Below are positions 51,109-64,000 of a stretch of DNA of 64,000 bases, one piece after another. The DNA comes from Amphiscolops sp. MND2022. Lineage: Eukaryota. The first letter of the stretch is position 1; each line of letters opens with the position of its first letter. The stretch spans positions 33,048,001 through 33,112,000 of the forward strand of contig OZ076409.1 in NCBI GenBank assembly GCA_964187785.1, read 5' to 3'. The position numbers and the translations under genes are program-made. The notes beneath the pieces were generated by a model. The model made no database searches and was not told where the DNA came from. It worked only from the letters and a program-made list of their open reading frames with translations.

Positions 51109-54100
51109 TATATTGACACAAAAAACATTTCACACCAGATAGTCTATTAGATTTTCAATAAGAAAGACATTTTTTCGTTTTCCTCTACGCTTTTTGCGTG
51201 TCGTAATAATATATTGATTGCGAAAAAAATCGCTGCCCTGATTTGAGGACAAAATCACTCGAGGTTGTACAGGAATGATGAAAAACGTAGTAGGAACCAC
51301 CATCCATAACTAAAGCTTCATTGAAAAAAACTTTTATATGCGTTTTCAATGGTGACAAACTGTGTTACTAGGGTGGGACAGTAACTTAGCAAACAGTTGC
51401 TCAGTTTTTGAGAAAAAAAACGAATTTAATGAATGTATTTTTTTGCCATTTCTCACCTTTTTTCTGTTACTTTTTTGCCAGTGGCTCGGAAAAAGGCCTA
51501 TACTGACACTAATAAAACTTCACATCAGATAGTCCATTAGATTTTCAAAAAGACAGACATTTTTTCGACTTCCTCTATGCTTTTTGCGTGTCGTAATTTA
51601 TTATTGATTGCAAAAAAAAATCGTTGTCCTCATTTGAGGACAAAATCACTTTCGAGGTTATACAGAAATTGTGAAAAAAGTAGTAGGAACCACCATCCAA
51701 ACGTCCGAACTTGCTTGGTTTTGTCTGCAGACAATATTTTCATGAAAATAACGCCAATAGGTCTTTTTCAATTTCCTCAGAATAACCTCGACAGTACACC
51801 GAGAGGCAGAAAATTGACACAATTCTGGCAAACTTTCTTCGAAGCTTCATTTCTGCACAAATAATAGCCGCAGCTACAATCGACTCTCTGTTCTAGAAAG
51901 CCCTCTACCTAAGCTTTCAAATGCATATTGGTTAGGTTGTGAGTTGCCGCCACTTGTTGGGGTAAAAGCGCCACTCCGGCGGCGCGGGTCCGGCTACGCC
52001 GGGCCTTTCAATTATCGGTTGAACTCGCAACTAAAGCTTCATTGAAAAAAACTTCTATATGCGTTGTCAATGGTGGAAACTGTGTTACTAGAGTGGGACA
52101 TTAACTTAGCAAACAGTTGCTCAGTTATTGAGAAAAAAACGAATTTCATGAAATGTACTTTTCTGCAATTTTTCACGTTTTTCAGTTACTTTTTTTGCCA
52201 GTGGCTCGGGAAAAAACCTATATTGACACAAACATCAATTCACACCAGATATTCCGTTAAATTGTCACTAAAAAGACATTTTTTCGTTTTCCTCTATGCT
52301 TTCTGCGTGTCGTAATTTATTATTGACTGCGAAAAAAATAGCTGTCCTCATTTGAGGAAAAAATCATTGTCAAGGTTATACAGAAATCATGAAAAACGTA
52401 GTAGGAACTAACATCCAAACGTTCTAATATGATTGTTTTCGGCTGCAGACGACAGTTTCATGAAAATAACGCCAATATTTTTTTCGATTTCCTCATCGAC
52501 AGTACACCGAGAAGTCAAAAAACTGACAAAATTTTGTCAAAACTTCTTCATTTCTCCACAAATAATAGCCGCAGCTACAATCAATGCTACGTTGGACATT
52601 TCAATTATCGGTTGAACTCATAACTAATGCTTCATTGAAAAAACTTTTATATGCGTTGTCAATGGTGGCGAACTGTGTTACTGGAGTGGGACAGTAATTT
52701 AGCAAACAGTTGCTCAGTTGTTGTGAAAAAAACGAATTTCTGAATTGTACTTTTTTTGCAATTTTTCACTTTTTTCAGTTACTTTCTTGCCAGTGGCTCG
52801 GAAAAACATCAATATTGACACGAATAACCATTCACACCAGATAGTCCATTAGACTGTCAATAAGAAAGAGAATTTTTTGTTTTCCTTTATGCATTTTGGG
52901 TGTCGTAATTTATTTTTGATTGCAAAAAAATCGCTGTCATCATTTGATTACAAAATCACTGCCGAGGTTATACAGAAATGATAAAACACGTAGTAGGAAC
53001 CACCACCCGAACGTCCTATTTGCTTGTTTTTGGCTGCAGACGACATTTTCATGAAATTAACGCCAATAGTTTTTTTTCGATTCCCTCAGAATAACCTCGA
53101 CAGTACACAGAGAAGTCGGAAAATTGACAAAATTGTTGCAAATACTCTTCGAAGTTTTTTTCCTCTACAAATAATAGCCGCAGCTACAATCGATTTTCTG
53201 TTCTCTGTTCCTGAAAGCCCTTTACATAAGCTTTCAAATGCACATTGGTTAGGTTGTGAGTTGCCGCCACTTGTTGGGGTAGAAGCGCCACTCCGGCGGC
53301 GCGGGTCCGGCTACGCCGGGCCTTTCAATTATCGGTTGAACTCATAACTAAAGCTTCATTGAAAAAAACTTCTATATGCGTTGTCAATGGTGGAAACTGT
53401 GTTACTAGAGTGGGACAGTAACTTAGCAAACAGTTGCTCAGCTATTCAGAAAAAAACGAATTTCATGAAATGTACTTTTCTGCAATTTTTCACTTTTTTC
53501 AGTTACTTTTTTTGCCAGTGGCTCGGGAAAAAACCTATATTGACACAAACATCAATTCACACCAGATAGTCCGTTAAATTGTCACTAAAAAAGACATTTT
53601 TTCTCTATGCTTTCTGCGTGTCGTAATTTATTATTGACTGCGAAAAAAATCGCTGTCCTCATTTGAGGAAAAAATCACTGTCAAGGTTATACAGAAATCA
53701 TGAAAAACGTAGTAGGAACTAACATCCAAACGTTCTAGCTTGATTGTTTTCGGCTGCAGACGACAGTTTCATCAAAATAACGCCAATATTTTTTTTCGAT
53801 TTCCTCATCGACAGTACACCGAGAAGTCAAAAAATTGACAAAATTCTGTCAAAATTTCTTCATTTCTCCACAAATAATAGCCGCAGCTACAATCAATGCT
53901 ACGTTGGACATTTCAATTATCGGTTGAACTCATAACTAATGCTTCATCGAAAAAACTTTTATATGCGTTGTCAATGGTGGCGAACTGTGTTACTAGAGTG
54001 GGACAGTAACTTAGCAAACAGTTGCTCAGCTATTGAGAAAAAAACGAATTTCATGAAATGTATTTTTCTGCAATTTTTCACTTTTTTCAGTTACTTTTTT

Positions 54101-54710
54101 TGCCAGTGGCTCGGGAAAAAACCTATATTGACACAAACATCAATTCACACCAGATAGTCCGTTAAATTGTCACTAAAAAAGACAGTTTTTCTCTATGCTT
54201 TCTGCGTGTCGTAATTTATTATTGACTGCGAAAAAAATCGCTGTCCTCATTTGAGGAAAAAATCACTGTCAAGGTTATACAGAAATCATGAAAAACGTAG
54301 TAGGAACTAACATCCAAACGTTCTAGCTTGATTGTTTTCGGCTGCAGACGACAGTTTCATCAAAATAACGCCAATATTTTTTTTTCGATTTCCTCATCGA
54401 CAGTACACCGAGAAGTCAAAAAATTGACAAAATTCTGTCAAAATTTCTTCATTTCTCCACAAATAATAGCCGCAGCTACAATCAATGCTACGTTGGACAT
54501 TTCAATTATCGGTTGAACTCATAACTAATGCTTCATTGAAAAAACTTTTATATGCGTTGTCAATGGTGGCGAACTGTGTTACTAGAGTGGGACAGTAATT
54601 TAGCAAATAGTTGCTCAGTTGTTGAGAAAAAAAAAGAATTTCTGAATTGTACTTTTTTTGCAATTTTTCACTTTTTTCAGTTACTTTCTTGCCAGTGGCT
54701 CGGAAAAACT

Positions 54711-55441
54711 TACTTTTCACTCGTACCACCTTACCCCGTATCTCCCCTGGGCTCAGAGCAATTAACACCCAAAGTGACCTAGGTCGAAGCCCATGAAAAC
54801 GCGATTTTGATGTATTATTACATATGTGATTTTCTCATTTGACCTTAAAGGAAATGTAACTCCGTTGACATTTATTATATTTACTTTGTGTAAACAAACT
54901 TTCTAGCCCACCTAACCAACATGCCAAAACCACCACATAGTTTGTTTACATAGCCAATAACTGCATTTTTTGCTTTAAATGTATATTATTTATACAACAT
55001 ATTTCAACTGATATTTGCCTATATTTACTGTAGAAATGTAAACTACTTTTATACCATTATTAGATAGGGATTTTTTCCACTGAATAGTTATAGTCAAGTT
55101 GGGTCTTAGGACCAAGAGACTAATTAATCAACTTCTCAATCTTCACAACTTTTCGCTAGAGTCAGAGCGACTAAGTAGCTACTCTCATAGTCGGAGAGCC
55201 GGAGCGCGTGAAGATACAGCGAGGAAAGTGTGCGACGAATCACTTCGGATCCAAATCAGTGCAAAGGGGAACTGCAGGATATTTCTACGGGTCACATCGG
55301 ACCCACCAGCTAAAAGATACAGTCCTCTAAAACAAGAAAACCAGGAATTGTTTAGTGACGGTCCACAGCACTAAGCAACGGATCAGGGCGGCGTAAAGTT
55401 TGTCGAGTCTCAGCGCAGGATAAAGGCAAGCAGACGTTACA
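54711..55441 (+). repeat. 5'-truncated BEL LTR copy 1 inside the satellite
   Basis: Matches ~50378-51108; junctions CGGAAAAACT|TACTTTTCACTCG and GTTACA|TATATTGACAC. Confidence 0.95.
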
Positions 55442-55829
55442 TATATTGACACAAAAAACAATTCACACCAGATAGTCTATTAGATTTTCAATAAGAAAGA
55501 CATTTTTTTCGTTTTCCTCTACGCTTTTTGCGTGTCGTAATATAATATTGATTGCGAAAAAAATCGCTGCCCTCATTTGAGGACAAAATCACTCGAGGAT
55601 GTACAGGAATGATGAAAAACGTAGTAGGAACCACCATCCATAACTAAAGCTTCATTGAAAAAAACTTTTATATGCGTTGTCAATGGTGACAAACTGTGTT
55701 ACTAGAGTGGAACAGTAATTTAGCAAACAGTTGCTCAGTTGTTGAGAAAAAAACGAATTTCTGAATTGTACTTTTTTCGCAATTTTTCACTTTTTTCAGT
55801 TACTTTCTTGCCAGTGGCTCGGAAAAACT

Positions 55830-56560
55830 TACTTTTCACTCGTACCACCTTACCCCGTATCTCCCCTGGGCTCAGAGCAATTAACACCCAAAGTGACCTA
55901 GGTCGGAGCCCATGAAAACGCGATTTTGATGTATTAATACATATGTGATTTTCTCATTTGACCTTGAAGGAAATGTAACTCCGTTGACATTTATTGTATT
56001 TACTTTGTGTAAACAAACTTTCTAGCCCACCTAACCAACATGCCAAAACCACCACATAGTTTGTTTACATAGCCAATAACTGCATTTTTTGCTTTAAATG
56101 TATCTTATTTATACAACATATTTCAACTGATATTTGCCTATATTTACTGTAGAAATGTAAACTACATTTATACCATTATTAGATAGGGATTTTTTCCACT
56201 AAATAGTTATAGTCAAGTTGGGTCTTTGGACCAAGAGACTACTTAATCAACTTCTCAATCTTCACAACTTTTCGCTAGAGTCAGAGCGACTAAGTAGCTA
56301 CTCTCATAGTCGGAGAGCCGGAGCGCGTGAAGATACAGCGAGGAAAGTGTGTGACGGATCACATCGGATCCAAATTAGTGCAAAGGGGAATCGCAGGAGA
56401 TTTCTACGGGTCACATCGGACCCACCAGCTAAAAGATACAGTCCTCTAAAACAAGAAAACCAGGAATTGTTTAGTGACGGTCCACAGCACTTAGCAACGG
56501 ATCAGGGCGGCGTAAAGTTTGTCGAGTCTCAGCGCAGGATAAAGGCAAGCAGCCGTTACA
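55830..56560 (+). repeat. 5'-truncated BEL LTR copy 2
   Basis: Same junctions as copy 1. Confidence 0.95.
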
Positions 56561-58612
56561 TATATTGACACAAAAAACAATTCACACCAGATAGTCTATT
56601 AGATTTTCAATAAGAAAGACATTTTTTCGTTTTCCTCTACGCTTTTTGCGTGTCGTGATATAATATTGATTGCGAAAAAAATCGCTGCCCTCATTTGAGG
56701 ACAAAATCACTCGAGGTTGTACAGGAATGATGAAAAAAGTAGTAGGAACCACCATCCATATCTAAAGCTTCATTGAAAAAAACTTTTATATGCGTTGTCA
56801 ATGGTGACAAACTGTGTTACTAGAGTGGGACAGTAACTTAGCAAACATTTGCTCAGTTTTTGAGAAAAAAACGAACTTCATGAAATGTACTTTTCTGCAC
56901 TTTTTCACTTTTTTCAGTTACTTTTTTTGCCAGTGGCTCGGGAAAAAACCTATATTGACACAAACATCAATTCGCACCAGATAGTCCGTTAAATTGTCAC
57001 TAAAAGAAGACATTTTTTCGTTTTCCTCGCTGCAGACGACAGTTTCATGAAAATAACGCTACAATCAATGCTACGTTGGACATTTCAATTATCGGTTGAA
57101 CTCATAACTTTTGCTTCATTGAAAAAACTTTTATATGCGTTGTCAATGGTGGCGAACTGTGTTACTGGAGTGGGACAGTAATTTAGCAAACAGTTGCTCA
57201 GTTGTTGAGAATAAAACGAATTTCTGAATTGTACTTTTTTGCAATTTTTCACTTTTTTCAGTTACTTTCTTGCCAGTGGCTCGGAAAAACATCAATATTG
57301 ACACGAATAACAATTCACACCAGATAGTCCATTAGACTGTCATTAAGAAAGAGAATTTTTTGTTTTCCTCTATGCATTTTGGGTGTCGTAATTTATTTTT
57401 GATTGCAAAAAAAATCGCTGTCATCATTTGATGACAAAATCACTGTCGAGGTTATACAGAAATGATAAAACACGTAGTAGAAACCACCACCCGAACGTCC
57501 TGTTTGCTTGTTTTTGGCTGCAGACGACATTTTCATGAAATTAACGCCAATAGTTTTTTTTCGATTCCCTCAGAATAACCTCGACAGTACACAGAGAAGT
57601 CGGAAAATTGACAAAATTGTTGCAAATACTCTTCGAAGTTTTTTTCCTCCACAAATAATAGCCGCAGCTACAATCGATTTTCTGTTCTCTGTTCCTGAAA
57701 GCCCTTTACATAAGCTTTCAAATGCACATTGGTTAGGTTGTGAGTTGCCGCCACTTGTTGGGGTAGAAGCGCCACTCCGGCGGCGCGGGTCCGGCTACGC
57801 CGGGCCTTTCAATTATCGGTTGAACTCATAACTAAAGCTTCATTGAAAAAAACTTCTATATGCGTTGTCAATGGTGGAAACTGTGTTACTAGAGTGGGAC
57901 AGTAACTTAGCAAACAGTTGCTCAGTTTTTGAGAAAAAAAAACGAATTTCATGAAATGTACTTTTCTGCAATTTTTCACCTTTTTCAGTTACTTTTTTTG
58001 CCAGTGGCTCGGGAAAAACCTATAATGACACAAACATCAATTCACACCAGATAGTCCGTTAAATTGTCACTAAAAAAGACATTTTTTCGTTTTCCTCTAT
58101 GCTTTCTGCGTGTCGTAATTTATTATTGACTGCGAAAAAAATCGCTGTCCTCATTTGAGGAAAAAATCACTGTCAAGGATATACAGAAATCATGGAAAAC
58201 GTAGTAGGAACTAACATCCAAACGTTCTAACTTGATTGTTTTCGGCTGCAGACGACAGTTTCATCAAAATATTGCCAACATTTCTTTTCGATTTCCTCAT
58301 CGACAGTACACCGAGAAGTCAAAAAACTGACAAAATTCTGTCAAAATTTCTTCATTTCTCCACAAATAATAGCAGCAGCTACAATCAATGCTACGTTGGA
58401 CATTTCAATTATCGGTTGAACTCATAACTAATGCTTCATTTAAAAAACTTTTATATGTGTTGTCAATGGTGGCGAACTGTGTTACTAGAGTGGGACAGTG
58501 ATTTAGCAATCAGTTGCTCAGTTGTTGAGAAAAAAACGAATTTCTGAATTGTACTTTTTTTGCAATTTTTCACTTTTTTCAGTTACTTTCTTGCCAGTGG
58601 CTCGGAAAAACT

Positions 58613-59343
58613 TACTTTTCACTCGTACCACCTTACCCCGTATCTCCCCTGGGCTCAGAGCAATTAACACCCAAAGTGACCTAGGTCGGAGCCCATGAAA
58701 ACGCGATTTTGATGTATTAATACATATGTGATTTTCTCATTTGACCTTGAAGGAAATGTAACTCCGTTGACATTTATTATATTTACTTTGTGTAAACAAA
58801 CTTTCTAGCCCATCTAACCAACATGCCAAAACCACCACATAGTTTGTTTACATAGCCAATAACTGCATTTTTTGCAATAAATGTATCTTATTTATACAAC
58901 ATATTTCAACTGATATTTGCCTATATTTACTGTAGAAATGTAAACTACATTTATACCATTGTTAGATAGAGATTTTTTCCACTGAATAGTTATAGTCAAG
59001 TTGGGTCTTAGGACCAAGAGACTAATTAATCAACTTCTCATTCTTCACAAGTTTTCGCTAGAGTCAGAGCGACTAAGTAGCTACTCTCATAGTCGGAGAG
59101 CCGGAGCGCGTGAAGATACAGCGAGGAAAGTGTGGGACGGATCATATCGGATCCAAATCAGTGCAAAGGGGAATCGCAGGAGATTTCTACGGGTCACATC
59201 GGACCCACCAGCTAAAAGATACAGTCCTCTAAAACAAGAAAACCAGGAATTGTTTAGTGACGGTCCACAGCACTAAGCAACGGATCAGGGCGGCGTAAAG
59301 TTTGTCGAGTCTCAGCGCAGGAGAAAGGCAAGCAGATGTTACA
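58613..59343 (+). repeat. 5'-truncated BEL LTR copy 3
   Basis: Same junctions as copy 1. Confidence 0.95.
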
Positions 59344-61740
59344 TATATTGACACAAAAAACAATTCACACCAGATAGTCTATTAAATTTTCAATAAGAAA
59401 GACATTTTTTCGTTTTCCTCTACGCTTTTTGCGTGTCGTAATATAATATTGATTGCGAAAAAAATCGCTGCCCTCATTTGAGGACAAAATCACTCGAGGT
59501 TGTACAGGAATGATGAAAAACGTAGTAGGAACCACCATCCATAACTAAAGCTTCATTGAAAAAAACTTTTATATGCGTTGTCAATGGTGACAAACTGTGT
59601 TACTAGAGTGGTACAGTAACTTAGCAAACAGTTGCTCAGTTTTTGAGAAAAAAAACGAATTTAATGAATGTACTTTTTTGCCATTTTTCACCTTTTTTCT
59701 GTTACTTTTTTGCCAGTGGCTCGGAAAAAAACCTATACTGACAATAATAAAACTTCACATCAGATAGTCCATTAGATTTTCAAAAAGACAGACATTTTTT
59801 AGATTTCCTCTATGCTTTTTGCGTGTCGTAATTTATTATTGATTGCAAAAAAAATCGCTGTCCTCATTTGAGGACAAAATCACTTTCGAGGTTATACAGG
59901 AACTGTGAAAAAAGTAGTAGGAACCACCATCCAAACGTCCGAACTTGCTTGTTTTTGTCTGCAGACAATATTTTCATGAAAATAACGCCAATAGGTCTTT
60001 TTTGATTTCCTCAGAATAACCTCGACGGTACTCCGAGAAGCAGAAAATTGACAAATCTCTGGCAAACTTTCTTCGAAGCTTCATTTCTGCACAAATAATA
60101 GCCGCAGCTACAATCGACTCTCTGTTCCAGAAAGCCCTCTACCTAAGTTTTCAAATGCACATTGGTTAGGTTGTGAGTTGCCGCCACTTGTTGGGGTAAA
60201 AGCGCCACTCCGGCGGCGCGGGTCCGGCTACGCCGGGCCTTTCAATTATCGGTTCAACTCATAACTAAAGATTCATTGAAAAATTTTCTATATGCGTTTT
60301 CAATCGTTGCGAACTGTGTTACTAAACTGGGACAGTAACTTAGCAAACAGTTGCTCAGTTATTGAGAAAAAAACGAATTTCTGAATTGTACTTTTTTTGC
60401 AATTTTTCACTTTTTTCAGTTACTTTCTTGCCAGTGGCTCGGAAAAACATCAATATTGACACGAATAACAATTCACACCAGATAGTCCATTAGACTGTCA
60501 TTAAGAAAGAGAATTTTTTGTTTTCATCTATGCATTTTGGGTGTCGTAATTTATTTTTGATTGCAAAAAAAATCGCTGTCATCATTTGATGACAAAATCA
60601 CTGTCGAGGTTATACAAAAATGATAACTGTTTGCTTGTTTTTGGCTGCAGACGACATTTTCATGAAATTAACGCCAATAGTTTTTTTTCGATTCCCTCAG
60701 AATAACCTCGACAGTACACAGAGAAGTCGGAAAATTGACAAAATTGTTGCAAATACTCTTCGAAGTTTTTTTCCTCCACAAATAATAGCCGCAGCTACAA
60801 TCGATTTTCTGTTCTCTGTTCCTGAAAGCCCTTTACATAAGCTTTCAAATGCACATTGGTTAGGTTGTGAGTTGCCGCCACTTGTTGGGGTAGAAGCGCC
60901 ACTCCGGCGGCGCGGGTCCGGCTACGCCGGGCCTTTCAATTATCGGTTGAACTCATAACTAAAGCTTCATTGAAAAAAACTTCTATATGCGTTGTCAATG
61001 GTGGAAACTGTGTTACTAGAGTGGGACAGTAACTTAGCAAACAGTTGCTCAATTTTTGAGAAAAAAAACGAATTTCATGAAATTTTCTGCTTTTCTGCAA
61101 TTTTTCACCTTTTTCAGTTACTTTTTTTGCCAGTGGCTCGGGAAAAACCTATAATGACACAAACATCAATTCACACCAGATAGTCCGTTAAATTGTCACT
61201 AAAAAAGACATTTTTTCGTTTTCCTCTATGCTTTCTGCGTGTCGTAATTTATTATTGACTGCGAAAAAAATCGCTGTCCTCATTTGAGGAAAAAATCACT
61301 GTCAAGGATATACAGAAATCATGAAAAACGTAGTAGGAACTAACATCCAAACGTTCTAACTTGATTGTTTTCGGCTGCAGACGACAGTTTCATCAAAATA
61401 TTGCCAACATTTCTTTTCGATTTCCTCATCGACAGTACACCGAGAAGTCAAAAACTGACAAAATTCTGTCAAAATTTCTTCATTTCTCCACAAATAATAG
61501 CAGCAGCTACAATCAATGCTACGTTGGACATTTCAATTATCGGTTGAACTCATAACTAATGCTTCATTTAAAAAACTTTTATATGTGTTGTCAATGGTGG
61601 CGAACTGTGTTACTAGAGTGGGACAGTAATTTAGCAATCAGTTGCTCAGTTGTTGAGAAAAAACGAATTTCTGAATTGTACTTTTTTTTGCAATTTTTCA
61701 CTTTTTTCAGTTACTTTCTTGCCAGTGGCTCGGAAAAACT

Positions 61741-62471
61741 TACTTTTCACTCGTACCACCTTACCCCGTATCTCCCCTGGGCTCAGAGCAATTAACACCC
61801 AAAGTGACCTAGGTCGGAGCCCATGAAAACGCGATTTTGATGTATTAATACATATGTGATTTTCTCATTTGACCTTGAAGGAAATGTAACTCCGTTGACA
61901 TTTATTATATTTACTTTGTGTAAACAAACTTTCTAGCCCATCTAACCAACATGCCAAAACCACCACATAGTTTGTTTACATAGTCAATAACTGCATTTTT
62001 TGCTTTAAATGTATCTTATTTATACAACATATTTCAACTGATATTTGCCTATATTTACTGTAGAAATGTAAACTACATTTATACCATTGTTAGATAGGGA
62101 TTTTTTCCACTGAATAGTTATAGTCAAGTTGGGTCTTAGGACGGAGAGACTAATTAATCAACTTCTCATTCTTCACAATTTTTCGCTAGAGTCAGAGCGA
62201 CTAAGTAGCTACTCTCATAGTCGGAGAGCCGGAGCGCGTGAAGATACAGCGAGGAAAGTGTGTGACGGGTCATATCGGATCCAAATCAGTGCAAAGGGGA
62301 ATCGCAGGAGGTTTCTACGGGTCACATCGGACCCACCAGCTAAAAGATACAGTCCTCTAAAACAAGAAAACCAGGAATTGTTTAGTGACGGTCCACAGCA
62401 CTAAGCAACGGATCAGGGCGGCGTAAAGATTGTCGAGTCTCAGCGCAGGAGAAAGGCAAGCAGCCGTTACA
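61741..62471 (+). repeat. 5'-truncated BEL LTR copy 4
   Basis: Same junctions as copy 1. Confidence 0.95.
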
Positions 62472-64000
62472 TATATTGACACAAAAAACAATTCACACCA
62501 GATAGTCTATTAGATTTTCAATAAGAAAGACATTTTTTCGTTTTCCTCTACGCTTTTTGCGTGTCGTAATATAATATTGATTGCGAAAAAAATCGCTGCC
62601 CTCATTTGAGGACAAAATCACTCGAGGTTGTACAGGAATGATGAAAAACGTAGTAGGAACCACCATCCATAACTAAAGCTTCATTGAAAAAAACTTTTAT
62701 ATGCGTTGTCAATGGTGACAAACTGTGTTACTAGAGTGGTACAGTAACTTAGCAAACAGTTGCTCAGTTTTTGAGAAAAAGAAACGAATTTAATGAATGT
62801 ACTTTTTTGCCATTTTTCACCTTTTTTCTGTTACTTTTTTGCCAGTGGCTCGGAAAAAAACCTATACTGACAATAATAAAACTTCACATCAGATAGTCCA
62901 TTAGATTTTCAAAAAGACAGACATTTTTTAGATTTCCTCTATGCTTTTTGCGTGTCGTAATTTATTATTGATTGCAAAAAAAATCGCTGTCCTCATTTGA
63001 GGACAAAATCACTTTCGAGGTTATACAGGAACTGTGAAAAAGTAGTAGGAACCACCATCCAAACGTCCGGACTTGCTTGTCTGCAGACAATATTTTCATG
63101 AAAATAACGCCAATAGGTCTTTTTTGATTTCCTCAGAATAACCTCGACGGTACTCCGAGAAGCAGAAAATTGACAAAACTCTGGCAAACTTTCTTCGAAG
63201 CTTCATTTCTGCACAAATAATAGCCGCAGCTACAATCGACTCTCTGTTCCAGAAAGCCCTCTACCTAAGTTTTCAAATGCACATTGGTTAGGTTGTGAGT
63301 TGCCGCCACTTGTTGGGGTAAAAGCGCCACTCCGGCGGCGCGGGTCCGGCTACGCCGGGCTTTTCAATTATCGGTTCAACTCATAACTAAAGATTCATTG
63401 AAAAAAACTTCTATATGCGTTGTCAATGGTGGAAACTGTGTTACTAGAGTGGGACAGTAACTTAGCAAACAGTTGCTCAGTTATTGAGAAAAAAACGAAT
63501 TTCATGAAATGTACTTTTCTGCAATTTTTCACTTTTTTCAGTTACTTTTTTTGCCAGTGGCTCGGGAAAAAACCTATATTGACACAAACATCAATTCACA
63601 CCAGATAGTCCGTTAAATTGTCACTAAAAAAACATTTTGTCGTTTTCCTCTATGCTTTCTGCGTGTCGTAATTTGTTATTGACTGCGAAAAAAATCGCTG
63701 TCCTCATTTGAGGAAAAAGTCACTGTCAAGGTTATACAGAAATCATGAAAAACGTAGTAGGAACTAACATCCAAACGTTCTAACTTGATTGTTTTCGGCT
63801 ACAGACGACAGTTTCATGAAAATAACGCCAATATTTTTTTTTCGATTTCCTCATCGACAGTACACCGAGAAGTCAAAAGACTGACAAAATTCTGTCAAAA
63901 TTTCTTCATTTCTCCACAAATAATAGCCGCAGCTACAATCAATGCTACGTTGGACATATCAATTATCGGTTGAACTCATAACTAATGCTTCATTGAAAAA

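Larger units (their letters stand above)
39591..64000 (+). repeat. continuation of the satellite array, with full (~720 bp), ~590-bp and ~390-bp monomer variants and higher-order repeats
   Basis: Same monomer and orientation as 10245-27927. Interrupted by the MITE, the BEL element and LTR fragments. Runs off the end of the window. Confidence 0.97.

Overview
Repeat-dominated eukaryotic DNA, probably from an animal (it carries a BEL/Pao element and spliceosomal-type introns). I found no intact host gene. From left to right: (1) a decayed Mag-like Ty3/Gypsy element on the minus strand (~2.8-7.5 kb), bracketed by atypical ~310-bp direct repeats; (2) a perfect, spacerless 276-bp palindrome; (3) a ~720-bp-monomer satellite running from ~10.25 kb to the window end. 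Four kinds of insert interrupt the satellite. The first is an ~11.7-kb DNA transposon (27928-39590) with imperfect CATTA...TAATG terminal inverted repeats (TIRs) and an apparent 2-bp target-site duplication (TSD). It carries decayed genes for a RAG1/Transib-like DDE transposase followed by a BRCT domain, a KDM2/KDM7-type JmjC demethylase domain with a PHD-like exon, and a possible third, convergent gene. The second is a 70-bp palindromic mini-element with related ends. The third is an internally deleted BEL/Pao LTR element. The fourth is a set of four truncated copies of that LTR, amplified as part of higher-order satellite repeats. The most notable item is the transposon carrying a histone-demethylase-like cargo gene. 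All protein assignments come from motifs recognised by eye, not from database searches.
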